A DNA stretch of 64,000 bases from contig OZ038378.1 in NCBI GenBank assembly GCA_964036045.1, forward strand, positions 131,626,001-131,690,000, in the 5' to 3' direction. The notes under the pieces were generated by a model that saw only the letters and a list, made by a program, of their open reading frames with translations, was not told the origin of the DNA and ran no database searches. Within the stretch, counting starts at the first letter, position 1. The number at the start of each line of letters is the position of its first letter. Positions 23,421 through 36,130 of the stretch are shown piece by piece. The position numbers and the translations under genes were made by a program. The stretch is from Eutreptiella sp. 'Long Island Sound 2002' (Eukaryota; Protista; Euglenida).

Positions 23421-26400
23421 GTGCGCTGTTGGGTGGACTGGGGGATGGGGTTGCCATTCGCTGGATGGGTGGGAAAAGGCCTTTTATCCCCCCCCCCCCT
23501 TGCGCGGCCGACAATCAAAGAGGCAGATTTACGCGTTGTGATAGAAGTCATTCTACATGATGATGTTTCATTTATTAAATTAGCATTATGTACAGATTCG
23601 GTGTATGTTTATTGTGGTATGCAACAATCAACAATCAAGTTGAGAGTGAATGGGTGGGTGACAGCACAAGGCCCACTTAGAACCGTAGACTTGTGGATGA
23701 TAGTAATGAATCTTATGGACTCTACTTCTTCCGTCTGAGGATGCCTAAAGGTGCGTAGTGATGCGGATTTTGTAGAAAAAAACGGGCACACCAGCTGGTA
23801 CCCCGGCTTCTCCACCCTGGTCCTGAACGGCACAGGCCACGAGCACAGGTACACACAAATTATGAAAATTGTCCATCGCTCAAAACTCCATGTCATGGGG
23901 CTCCAGGAGCCTCACATTCCGGATGAGCAAACCGTGCTCAACTTGCATGAACAATTTTCCAAACGGGACATCAAGTTACTCACCAACCTGTCCCCGAAAG
24001 GACGGGGGGGGGGTAGCGATCCTATACCCCACCACATGGACGCACGTCCACAGCTGGACCTGGACCAACCGGTTCCTATTCGTCAGGCTTCAGGACCCAG
24101 ACGGCATCGAACTCTCCTTCGCTGTCTGTCATTTCCATCATGATGCCACCATCGGAACTCACCAGTGGAAAAAGTTAGCATCGCTCCGTCATCTCATTCC
24201 TTCTGGTACAATTTTTTGTCTGACCACAATTCTGTTATCCTGCCCTCCCGTGATGTCTCCTCCTTGAGAACCTCCCCTGAGCAGAAGGATGTCCTCGAGG
24301 CGAGAGAGTGCGAGATATCATTCATTGCCCAGCACGATTTAGTGGACGCCTTTGCTACGCTACACTCCTGCCGCACTGAAGATTTCCCCCCGGAAGGGTG
24401 GACATGGGGTTTCCCATCTTTATGCCCCAAGGACGCCCCTCCACCGGATGTCACTCAGCACGAAGCGGACATGACGGACATCAACACAGACAAAAGACGC
24501 CGGATTGACCGCGTCCTGGTACCGCACAACTTTGTTTCTGTTTTACGTGAATGCTATCCATGTTTTTTGGCTTCCTCTGACCACAAGGCTTTAGTTTTTT
24601 CGCTCTTATCTGCCTCCTGCGACCAGCAGCGTCGCAAAAGATGTCCTGTCTCCTTTCTGCAGTCCCAAGAGACTGTAGACGACATACAGGCACAACTCTC
24701 CAGTTTGCAAACTACAGGTTTCGCCCAATGGGCGGACTCCCAGGATTTGATCCGCCGACAAGCCCTCGCATATGAGAGGACTCATTGCTGCACAGGCTAT
24801 ACTCAAGTACAAATTCTATTGAGGGAATCCACATCACATAAGCTAGCCCCCGGAGGCCACGATTTTCTTTTGGCTAAAGGATATGATATTCCCTACCCTC
24901 ATGTGGCCTATCGCGTCCTTGCTGCCCTGGCTGAAAAGGCTGTTCGAGCACCGGACAGGCCAGCTGGTTCTAGACAAGTTGAAGACCACGATATCCGATC
25001 CATGGGCCTCACAACCCTGGCGGCGGAAGCAAGAAATCTGGCGCCTCACCCGCCAGCTATAGGTGAAACGGCAACTGCACACGCTCCGCAGCAAAACGGG
25101 CCAGGTATTCCCCGACCCCGAGTCGATAGCACAGGAAGTGCTGGGTTTCTGGTCTGACAAAATGTGCGCCACAATGTTCGCTACCCATTTGTTGCAAAAG
25201 TTTTGGAGCACTAGGGGTCTGAGGTCCTGCACACCGGGCAGACCTGCCGTTTTTGGAATAGGATTCAGCATGGCCATGGACCAGGCTTCAGGCAGGGTAC
25301 GATTATCCAGCAGTGATTGATAAAATTGGTGCATCAAAGGAACAAAGTGTCCCGAGAAACACTTATAAATAGCTCCTGTAAAACTGTCTATGCCCGGAGA
25401 GGAGGTCGCACTTAGGGCGTCAAGCGCCGCGTGCACCTGGTCAGCTGATGCTGGGCGAATGAGTAACTTGGCCACGTCAGCCAGAGGTTTACCCTTAAAG
25501 AAAGAGCGTCAGTAGTCCGAAACCTGAGGGGAGGAGAGCCCTGAGACGGACTGCAGCTGCAGGACTTCATTGCAGCCATCACCCCAATCCAACAAAAAGG
25601 TTTCATTAAAGGCCGCTATATCTTCGATAATCTCTGGCAGGCCTTTGGTACGTTTGCGGAAACGCCGCAGAGTATTTTCTGCCCAGTGGATTTCAGCAAA
25701 GCATTTGACTCGGTTTCTCACGTTTTTGCCAAGACCTTTTTCATCGACATGTGTTTTCCGCTACCGATAGTTAATCTGCTCATGAATCTCTTTGCTACTC
25801 CAATTTGTTTACTGGTAAGAGGAGGAGTAATGCCCCAGCACAGATTCTCCCCAGCCTCGGGTGTGCGGCAGGGCTGCCCCCTTTCTCCTTCTATATTCGC
25901 TATGCTGATTTCGCCACTGGCTCAGAAGCTGACCTCTGTCTCTGACACGGTACAAATTCTGCTCTATGCGGATGATCTGCTCATCATCGTGACCGGGGAA
26001 CCAGCGCAAGCTGTCTTTGTTTTCCTAATAGTCTGGGGCTCCCTCAAAGCCTTTTCTAAATACCCAGGACTGATGGTTAACCACAAAAAGTCAGCCATCC
26101 TCCTGAACGGACACTGGACTGAGAGTTTGAAAGTCCAGCTACTCTCGACCGGTCTGCAGTTCCAAGACAGCTACAAATACCTGGGGATTGAGTTTGGCCA
26201 TGTCACGCCAGAGGTGGCATACTCCCATGCACTGCAAACGGCCATGGGTCGGGCCTTTGCAATGCAGTCATGGGACCCGTCGCTAGCTGAAAGGGTCCTC
26301 CTGCTGAAACTCTGGATTCTCCCCCTCCTGATTTATCCAGCGAGAGTGGTCTTCATCTCGGACCCTGTGGTGAGCGCACTGCGCACGGTCTACCAGGTTG

Positions 26401-29290
26401 CATTAAAGGTCAACTCCTGGTCCATCACACTGGACATTCTCTCCCACCCTCTGCACAAGGGAGGATACAATCTGGCCGCACCGGAAACCTTCCTGTATTG
26501 GCAGCATGCATCAGCACTTGTGGCTTACGTTAAAGACCCACTGAGCGTTCCCAGTATTTTACACACGTCATTCCAGCCATTTGCTGCCGACCTGGGTATT
26601 ATCCTAAGCCCGGCATCACTGCCTTTCTTTCAGATGGGACCAAATGTTGTTAAAGAGACTATGCCTTTCCTGGGGTGGTGTGCACGCGCTTTCTCACTGG
26701 TTAAAAAAGATGTGCACTTTGAACACCCCGCCCAGTTACCCGGCGATGCCCCAACGTGGCACTCGACCTTTTTCTTGAATGAACGCTGCCACACCTACTT
26801 CTCGCCCCGCCTCATCCGCCAAGGAGTTTTAACAATTGGACAATTGCTTGAACAACCCACTTAGTTTTCCATGCTTGCTCCCACCTGGGAACCTGTCTAT
26901 CGGCACCGCCTCCAGGTGGATCAACCACTGCTCCCTGCCTCTCTCCTGCCCACTTTTGCACTGCCCCCTCAACCCCCTCGGGACCTTACCTTTTGGTATG
27001 CATGGACAAGAGCACCGGTGGCGGAGCTTTTTTCACAACCATATTCCCTGAAACCACGCCAGCCAGACTCCGTCTGGGAAGCCTTCCACCGCTGAAACCT
27101 TCCACCGCGGCACAAGGACTTTATTCATAAGGCATTATGGTCCAGGCTCCCTGTAGGCCAACGACAGCAGAGCTGGAAACCGCTAGAGGTGTGGTGCCTT
27201 GTTGACCAGGAACTAGAAACCGTCGCACATACACTGTATCACTGCCAATTTGTTCAAAAATCCTTTGCATGCATTAATCAGGTCTTCAGGCCAGAGGGTT
27301 TCCAACCTTTTAACGTTTCCCAACCTTTGCAAGAGGACCCTGCGGCCTCCCTGAGCACCCCAGCAGGCCTTGTGGGCTCGTCCGCCGTTATCACCAACTG
27401 GTCGCTACGATGCACCAAAAAACACCAGCCATTTTTCAAGGTCACGTGGGACAAATTCTGTGACCACTGGTATCACGTCCTAAACCTCTAGTCCTCGTGC
27501 CCACGCTACCTACCCATCCCGGATACGATCCACACCTGGTTCCTCACCAAGCTGCGACGATCGTCCCGCTCGTGCACCACCGCACTGCCCACGGCAGAGC
27601 AACCGGACCCGGTCCCCTCATTCCCCAATAACCCCTCAACCCCCCCACCCACCAGAGCAAAGGCGCGCGCCACAGCACGGCAATTGCGCAAACTTGAAAA
27701 AGCAGAGGAGCCGCAGGAAGTCCTGCAGGACCTACAGGACCAAGGCATCCCTCGAGTCTATACCGACGGTTCCTCCGCTGTTGAGGGGCCGGCAGGCAGG
27801 CTAGCAGGGTATGGCATTTTCTGTGACCATCGCACTAGCATCGCTGCATATGTCCCGGATGAGTACCGGCAAACCAACAATTCCGCCGAGCTCTTGGCGG
27901 TCATTAAAGCACTTAAAGTCTTTCACACAGCTGACATTGCACTATGCACGGATTCACAATACGTCATTTTGGGAGCATCCGGGGCCGCCCGCCGCTGGCG
28001 ACTGCGGGGGTGGGTCGGCTCGTCGGGACCAGTTTCCAATGTCCCCTTGTGGGAACAACTGCTAATGGAACTTGACAACAATTCACGCACCGTACACTGG
28101 ATCAAGGTCCCTTCGCATGTGACCGTCGAGGGCAACAATGAGGCAGACCGCCTGGCCGATCAAGGCAGGCAGCTCCACCCCCGCTACCCACACCCCCGCA
28201 CACCACAGCTACAACTCTGCCACACGGGCACCCTGGCGGCGCCCAAAAGAGTCAAACACTCCTCACTGGACGCAACTTCGCCTGTTGTTAAACGACTGGA
28301 TTTTCCCCTGCACGAGTCACCTCTTCGGGCAACCTCTGCGGAAGGGCATCACCTACTCACAGCTCTTAACCTCACACTTCTGTGTGACGGGGGTGTGAGC
28401 ACCCCTTCCAATAGTGACAGTGATACGGACACGTGGAACACCTCCAGGGAAGCGTCCAGCGAGGCAAGCGTGCGGTCGTGCTCCACGAAGGCCAGCCGCT
28501 AAGCCCGGCTGGATCCACCGGGTGCCCCCCCTCCAAAACGCCGGGAGACCCCCACAGCGGCCGCAAGGGCAACGCGTGGACGTCACCCAGCCCTCGAAGT
28601 AGACAAGCGATCCCCCGCCCTACCCCCCCGAACCCTCTCCCTTATTTCTGATTAGCCTACCTCTGCATTGCTGCGGCCACAATGGAACCCGGCGATTCCT
28701 CCCGCAAGAGGAAGAGGGGACGCAGGTCGTCTGATCCTGAACGGACAGAACAAAAGCGGAGAAGGCAGGACCACAATCTGATCCACGATGTGACCGTCAC
28801 GGAGCATCTAGCAGCAGCATCCAGCAGTTACCGAACATGGACGCTTGTCCCATCTATACCAGATCAAAAGCAATTCAGTCTCCTTGCCGCATTGGCTCAC
28901 AGGCTCGAACGGCACATCCCGCACCCTGTGAGTCGCCAGCCGGGTCGAAAAGACGTGCCGGAGTACACTCCATGGAACGAACGGTTGTCATCACGGACGT
29001 GGACACCAATAGGTCGCTGAAAACCGGCATCACAACACAACGCATTTCCGGTGTTCGCAAGGGTACCATGCGGCTGTGGTGCATGGGGCTGCCCCGTCTG
29101 GTGTCTGCTTACCAGCATGTGGTGCAGGCCTTTGTGGACGAGGACCTTAACACATGACGCCACATCCTTCTTACAGTACAGACTGCACACGGCCCACACG
29201 TCACACTTGTTCTTATACTTTATCTTCTGTATGTACCCCCCCCCCCTGCTGAATATGTATGTTACCCCCTGCACTTCTTGAAACTAAACA
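23421..29290 (+). mobile_element. L1/Tx1-like non-LTR retrotransposon (LINE 2), degenerate
   Basis: Carries APE, RT, zf-RVT and RNase H domains (see ORF feature), followed by a 3' UTR ending at ~29290. No TSD was identified. Confidence 0.88.
23751..28502 (+). pseudogene. APE-RT-zinc finger-RNase H polyprotein (ORF2) with frameshifts and stops
   Basis: APE: TLVLNG, VMGLQEPH, GGVAILYP, FLSDHNSV, RRIDRVLV, SSDHKAL. RT: DFSKAFDSVSH, GVRQGCPLSP, LLYADDLLI, YKYLGI (25686-26864). zf: WCLVDQELETVAHTLYHC. RNase H: VYTDGSS, TNNSAELLAV, CTDSQYV, WIKVPSH, GNNEADRLA (27684-28502). Confidence 0.93.
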
Positions 29291-29689
29291 GCAACTGACG
29301 GGGAAAGGACGAGTGAGTGCAATGCTTTGCAGCCCAGTCAGTCCGCACGTAAACAAGTGAATGCAGTCCACACCTTAAGGTTGACTGCTTTTTATTGATC
29401 CTGGTTGTTCACTAGAGTCGGCAGACAGGACAAGCACACAAGTGACCCACAGAGCTAACCGCAAGAAACGCCTCACTGTACCTTACATATTGGAGCACCC
29501 CAACCAAGAAGGGGACACGTGCATTGATTGAGCTACACAGTACTGCTGGACTAATGGATGGAATTGTCTATGGCGGGGACATTCAGTCTATCGGAACCGA
29601 CCATTGATCCCCCGGTGATGAGGGGCCTCGTCGCTCTACCGAACGGTACGTCAGCCTCCAGCTCCTCCCAAACTTTCGATGGCCTCGCC

Positions 29690-30290
29690 GGTGTTGCACC
29701 TCGCCACTCCTGGCTGGGGTGCGCGGTGTGGGTGTGTGTGTGTGGGCTCGGGTTTCGGCTGCGCCCCGCCACTCCTGGCTGGGCTGTTGGGGTGTGCGTG
29801 TTTGTGTGCGTGCCCCCCTTGTACCCCGCCACTTCTGGCTGGGGTGTGCCGTGGGGGTGTGTGTGTTTGGGCTCGGGTGTTGGGCTGTGTGTGTGCTGGT
29901 GTGGGCGCTCCGCTTGCACCCCGCCACTCCTGGCTGGGGTGCGCGCCGTGGGTGTGTGTGTTTGGGCTCAGGTTTCGGCTGTGCCCCGCCACTCCTGGCT
30001 GGGGTGTTGGGGTGTGTGTGCTGGTGTGGGCGCTCCGCTTGCACCCCGCCACTCCTGGCTGGGGTGCGCGCCGTGGGTGTGTGTGTTTGGGCTCCGGTTT
30101 CGGCTGCGCCCCGCCACTCCTGGCTGGGTTGTTGGGGTGTGTGTGCGCTTGTGTGTGCGCTCCGCTTGTACCCTGCCACTCCTGGCTGGGGTGTGCGGTG
30201 TGGGTGTGTGTGGTTGGGTTCAGGTTCCGGCTGCGCCTCGCCACTCCTGGCTGGGGTGTCGGGGTTTGTGTGTGCTTGTCTGCAGCGAGG
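29690..30290 (+). repeat. Minisatellite with alternating ~65/~60-bp units
   Basis: The gccactcctggctgggg anchor recurs at 29703, 29768, 29828, 29923, 29987, 30047, 30113, 30174 and 30240. Confidence 0.9.
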
Positions 30291-30911
30291 TGAAGGTGGC
30301 AATGGGGGTGCCTGCTTGCATTCTATTGAGTTGAAGCTTGTGTGTGACTTTCATTTAGCAACTCCCCTATTAGGAGCTCAGCCCATGTAGGAGGATGAAC
30401 CATCCTTGCCACGCGTTTGAACATAAAGGTTATTCGTGTGAGAACATTCCAAGTGGGAATAATTTTGGTCCGAATCATTTCTTACCAGAACAACACCGGA
30501 ACAAGTTGCCGGGACCTGATAACCAGGTCCGGTGCCATAAGGTCCACTGTTTGCAAGCGATGACATTGGACTCGTTTTTGCCTGTTGACTTTGTGTAGGA
30601 CCTACATTTGTCATTAGGGGCTTGCTAGCATATTGTGTGGCATTGGTCCCACTCTAGTCTAGTCGTGCACGTTTCCAAGTTTTGTCGTCCGTCTTGAACA
30701 AAACTGTTATTTCTTGTTTAGCACAATGACTTTATGGCTTTTCAAAGGTGGGGCATGACCTTTTCCGTTATTTTTGTGCCTTGCTGCCGTGTCAACTGCT
30801 CCTTTTTAATGTTGTCCCCTCTTAAAAATGCTACGTAGGACCAAAGATACCTTTCATAGTGGTTGTGAATTTTGAACTTTGGTCATTCGTGGTCACTTTT
30901 CTTCCATTGCC

Positions 30912-33900
30912 ATGCCTGCGAAATAGACCCGGGTTAAGGAAGTAACCACCCACCTTGTCCATTTTGCGGGTGCGGTGAGCCTTCAAGACGGGGATCGTGT
31001 TGGTGAGCTTTTGGTTGAATGGGCCGTCTCCTCACCACACGCTCCGCGCCAATTAGCGGTGGCCGTGCGTTTGGCGCAACTTAGTTGTGTTCTGGAGGTG
31101 CAGCAGGAGGCAATCGCAAACTGCGCCTTCGAGGTCCTTCACCAAGCTGAGTGTTGCGAAATCATCTTAAACCTATGTGTGCCCAAACGAGCATGATGTA
31201 CCCTTTCCGAGGTGTGTACCCGCCGTGGGTTGAAGTACACGGCCCCCGACCCCACCATCTACACCCTTCGGTGGTTCTTGCAACGACTCCTTTGGAACCA
31301 GTTCCACAGCCAGGCCCAGAGCCGCTAATGGTGGCGCCGGGAGGATGGAGATGCATCACGTGGGACCGTAGTGACATGGGTGATAGGGCCTTGGGTGGGG
31401 TACTCAGCACCCCTCCCCAATGATTGTTACCCCAATCACGCAAAGGGGGGGAAATTTCTTACCGCCGACGGGCAGGCGGCGGGCGCCTGCCAATGGCAGC
31501 TCATTTTTGAGCGCTGGGGTGACCATCGTATGGGGGATGTGAAGCGCACGCCCCGGAAGGACACTGTCGTCTTCCGCACTGGGTCAAGATCCCGAAGGAG
31601 GTGATCTAATAGGTCGAGGACGATGACAAGTACCACGGCAACGTCCCCGACCAGACCATGAGGCGCGCACGTGCTCTCCGCATAAAGGAAGTAACCACTC
31701 ACCTTGTCCATTTTGTGGTTGCGGGGAGCCTTCAAGACGGGGATCGTGTTGGGGGGCTTTAAGTTGAATGGGCCGTCTCCTTCCCGCACACTTCGCGCCA
31801 ATTTGCTGTGGCTGCGCGTTTGGCGCAACCTAGTTGTGTTCTGGAGGTGCAACAGGAGGCAATCGCTAAGTACGCCTGTGGGGTCCTTCCCCAGGTTGAG
31901 TGTTATCATCTTAAACCTATGTGTGCCCAAACGAGCATGATGTACCCTTTTGGGAGGTGTGTACCCTCCGTGGGTTCAAGTACACAGCCCCCCACCCCAC
32001 CATCTACACCCTTCGGTGGTTCTTGCAACGATTCTTTTGGAACCAGTTTCATAGCAAGCCCCACAGCCACTACTGGTCGCGACGGGAGCATGGGGATGCA
32101 TCAGGTGGGACCGCACTGACATAGGTGATAGGGCCTTGGTTGCGGCACTTAGCACGCCTCCCCAATGATTGGTACCCCAATCACGCAAATGGGGGGAAAT
32201 TTCTTACCCCCGAAGGGCAAGCGGGCGGCTGCCAATGGCAGGTCGTTTTTCAGAGCTGGGGTGATCATCGTATGGGGGATGTGAAGCGCACGCCCCGGAA
32301 GGACACTGTCGTCTTCCGAACTGGGTCAAGATCCCGAAGGAGGTGATCTAATGGGTCGAGGACAACGACAAGTACCACGGCCACGTTCCCGGCTAGACCC
32401 TAAGGCGCGCAAGTGCTCTCCGCATGAAGGAAGTAACCACCCACCTTGTCCATTTTGCGGGTGTTGTGTGGCTTCAAGACGGGGATGGCGTTGGGGAGCT
32501 TTTTGTTGAATGGGCCGTCTCCTCCCCACACGCTGCGCGCCAATTAGCCGTGGCCGTGCGTCTGGCGCAACCTAGTTGTGTTCAGGAGATGAAACAGGAG
32601 GCAATCGCTGAGTACGCCTTTCAGGTCCTTCCCTAAGCTGAGTGTTGCGAAATCATCTTAAACCTATGTGTGCCCAAACGAGCATGATGTACCCTTTCCG
32701 AGGTGTGTATGCTCCGTGGGTTGAAGTACACGGCCCCCCACCCCATCATCTACACCCTTCGGTGGTTCTTGCAACGATTCCTTTGGAACCAGTTCCATAG
32801 CAAGGCCCACGCCACTACCGGTGGCGACGGGAAGATGGCGATGCATCAGGTGGGACCGTAGTGACATGGGTGATAGGGCCTTGGGCTGGGCACTCAGCAC
32901 CCCTCCCCAATGATTGGTACCCCAATCACGCAAAGGGGGGGAAATTTCTCACCCCCGACGGGCAGGCGGCGGGCGGCAACCAATGGCAGCTCATTTTTGA
33001 GCGCTGGGGTGACCATCGTATGGGGGATGTGAAGCGCACGCCCCGGAAGGACACTGAAGTCTTCCGAACTGGGTCAAGATCCTGAAGGAGGTGATCTTAT
33101 GGGTTGAGGACGATGACAAGTACCACGGCCACGTCCCCGGACAGACCATGAGGCGCCCAAGTGCTCTCTCCATGAAGGAAGTGACCAGCCACCTTGTCCA
33201 TTTTGTAGGTGCGGTGAGCCTTCAAGACGGGGATAGTGTTGAGGAGCTTTTGGTGAAATGGGCCGTCTCCTCCCCACACACGCCACGCCAATGTGCTGTG
33301 GCCGTGCGTTTGGCGCAACCTAGTTGTGTTCTGGAGGTGCAACAGGAGGCAATCGCTAAGTACGCCTCCGAGGTCCTTCCCCAAGTTGAGTGTTGCGAAA
33401 TCATCTTAAACCTATGTGTGCCCAAACGAGCATGATGTACCCTTTTGGGAGGTGTGTACCCTCCGTGGGTTCAAGTACACAGCCCCCCACCCCACCATCT
33501 AAACCCTTTGGTGGTTCTTGCAACGATTCTCTTGGAACTATTTTCATAGCAAGCCGCACAGCCACTACTGGTGGCGCCGGAGGGATGGAGATGCATCACG
33601 TGGGACCGTAGTGACATGGGTGATAGGGCCTTGGGTGGGGTACTCAGCACCCCTCCCCAATGATTGTTACCCCAATCACGCAAAGGGGGGGAAATTTCTT
33701 ACCCCCGACGGGCAGGCGGCGGGCGGCAACCAATGGCAGCTCATTTTTGAGCGATGGGGTGGCCATCGTATGGGGGATGTGAACCGCACGGCCCGGAAGG
33801 TCACTGTCGTCTTCCGAACTGGGTCAAGATCCCGAAGGAGGTGATCTAATGGGTCGAGGACCACGACAAGTACCACGGCGAGGTTCCCGGGCAGACCCCG

Positions 33901-34675
33901 AGGCGCGCAAGTGCTCTCTCCATGAAGGAGGTAACCACCCACCTTGTCCATTTTGCGGGTGTGGTGTGGCTTCAACACAGGGATCGTGTTGGGGACCTTT
34001 TGGTTGAATGGGCCGTCTCCTCCCCACACGCTGCGCGCCAATTTGCTTTGGCCGTACGTTTGGCGCAATCTAGTTGTGTTGTGGATGTGCAGCAGGAGGC
34101 AATCGCTAAGTGCGCCTTCGAGGTCCTTCCCCAAGCTTAGTGTTGCGAAATCATCGTAAACCTATGTGTGCCCAAACGAGCATGATGTTCCATTTCCGAG
34201 GTGTGTACCCTCCGTGGGTTGAAGTGCACGGCCCCCCACCCCACCATCTGCACCTTTCGGTGGTTCTTGCAACGTTTCTTTTGGAAGCGGCTCCACAGCC
34301 AGGCCCTGAGCCGCTAGTGGTGGCGCCCGGAGGATGGGGATGCATCACGTGGGGCTGTAGTGACATTGGTGATAGGGCCTTGGTTGGGGCACTCAGCACC
34401 CCTCTCCAACGTTTGGTACCCCAATCACGCAAGGGGGGGGAAATTTCTTACCCCCGACCGGCAGGCGGCGGGCAGCTGCCAATGGCAGCTCATTTTTGAG
34501 CGCTGGTGTGACCATCGTATGGGGGATGTGAAGCGCACGGCCCGGAAGGACGCCAAAGTCTTCCGAACTCGGTCAAGATCCCGAAGGAGGTGATCTAATG
34601 GGTCGAGGACGACGACAAGTACCACGGCCACGTCCCCGGCAAGACCCTGAGGCGCCCAAGTGCTCTCCGCTTGAA
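30912..34675 (+). repeat. Five tandem ~745-bp units, each fusing the transposase N-terminus to an internal part of the accessory gene
   Basis: aaggaagtaaccac recurs at ~30936, 31685, 32427, 33174 and 33924. The unit reads EVTTHLVHFAGAVSLQDG...AVRLAQPSCV...LNLCVPKRA..TLSEV.TLRGLKYT (like 46930-47430) and then APHPTIYTLRW...APLPNDW...GGKFLT...IFERW.DH..TPRK...RPSALR (like 43435-43920). The ATG is at 30912. Confidence 0.92.
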
Positions 34676-36130
34676 GTGCGAACCGGACACACCGCATGAC
34701 CACCCAAAGCGGTGCCAGACATCCCTACGGCGAGGGAGCAGACACCATACACACGGCTGCGGCAGGCCCTAGCGTCTTTGCAGAAGCACGTGCACACGCA
34801 AGTGCGTGTAACCCCCTTTTCCCCATGCCTGAGGCGCCAATAGGGCCAAAAAGCTGTCGGGCTTTCTCCCCGAGAACCCGTTCCGGCCACGTTTTAGGTT
34901 TTTGTTCCGGCGGTGTTGCGCTTTGTAGCGCTGAAAACCACCAAATCGTCGCCGGAATGTCGACCGATCAAGTTATTGGTACTTCGCCGGAACACATTTT
35001 TCTGTTGTCCTCTTTGTAGGTGGCGGTCATCTAGATCAATCTTGGCGACCCCTGAGAGGTGCGCCTCAGCATGCAGTGGCCAGGCTGCGCCCTCCGGCCC
35101 ATCTACGTTAGCGCGCTCCTGCAGCAGCTGCACCTGCAGCCCATTGCAGCATTGGAGTTGCTGACGGCCCTGGCCGACCATTTGGCCGGCCGTAGTAGCG
35201 TTTTGGACATGCAAGTGAAGGGCTAGGGCAGCATTGACAACCAGTACCTGGCCCCTGCTCACCGCCAGCAACTTGTAGCCACTGTTGCTAGCCCCCCCCC
35301 CCCCCCAACCCCCGACCATGGTCCCAAATCCTGCCCGTGAGATCAAAACCAACCCCGAAATCCCAGCCCAAAACGAACCCCAACCCCCAAAACAAAGCAA
35401 AACCCCGCCCAAAACCCAAAGCCCGTGCGAAACCCATCTGCAAAAAGAGGAAGAGGCTTGCGGGCGAGTGCTCCACGGAGCCCTCCTCAGAGTCCCGATC
35501 GAACTCCTCCTCCTCCTCCTCCTCCTCCTCCTCCTCCTCCTCCCTTATCTCCCACTCGTCCGAGTGTTGTGCGGACTTGCCCGCATGGCAAAACAACACC
35601 CCTCAGCCCCCCAAAGAAAAGACCCCCCCCCCTCGGACCCCTCGAGACGTATCCCCAGCCCAGCCCAAGGACAGCCCCCTCGCCCCACGCCAGCCCCACA
35701 TCCCCACCGGCGGACGTCCCGAGGGATACCCCCCTGCCCAAGCCCAACCCCAAGGCCAAGGCAAGGGGGGTGGGGGGGGGGGTGTAAGTACAAGGCGGGC
35801 GAAAATGTTGATGTCGTTTTTTGCAACAAGGGTGTGTGGGGGATCAAGAACGGCAAGGAGGCCCTTTCCGCGGGTGGACCCCCCCCCCTAAAGGGGAAAC
35901 GTGGGTAAGGTTCCCGGGGGATGAGGAACTTTTTGGGATGTTGAAGGCCGCCGTGTGGCGGACCCGAAGGCAAGCCAAGAAGTTCCTCAAGAAAAAGAGG
36001 AAGGAGAAGGAGGCGGGTGAAGAGAGGGAGGGTGACAAGGATAACGAGGACGCGGACGCCCAGGACAGGACGGGGACGGGGATGGGGATGGGGATGGGGG
36101 AGACAAAGGGCAGGGGTGTGTGGCCGCCAA
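34676..36130 (+). pseudogene. Accessory gene of copy A (multi-exon, unknown function); its 3' end resumes at ~58000-58225
   Basis: RLRQALASLQKHVHTQ | intron 34802(or 34808)-35019 | VAVI.INLGD...WPG..RPI...LLQQLHLQP, then FCNKGVWGIKNGKEALSAGG..ETWVRFPGDEELF..AVWRTRRQAKKFL. All segments are homologous to 41880-43420 on the minus strand. Confidence 0.75.

Noticed and set aside
4030-30290. CRISPR-like regular repeats (72, 79, 85 and 60/65-bp arrays)
   Set aside because: Whole units are homologous with no unique spacers, there are no cas genes, and the context is eukaryotic.
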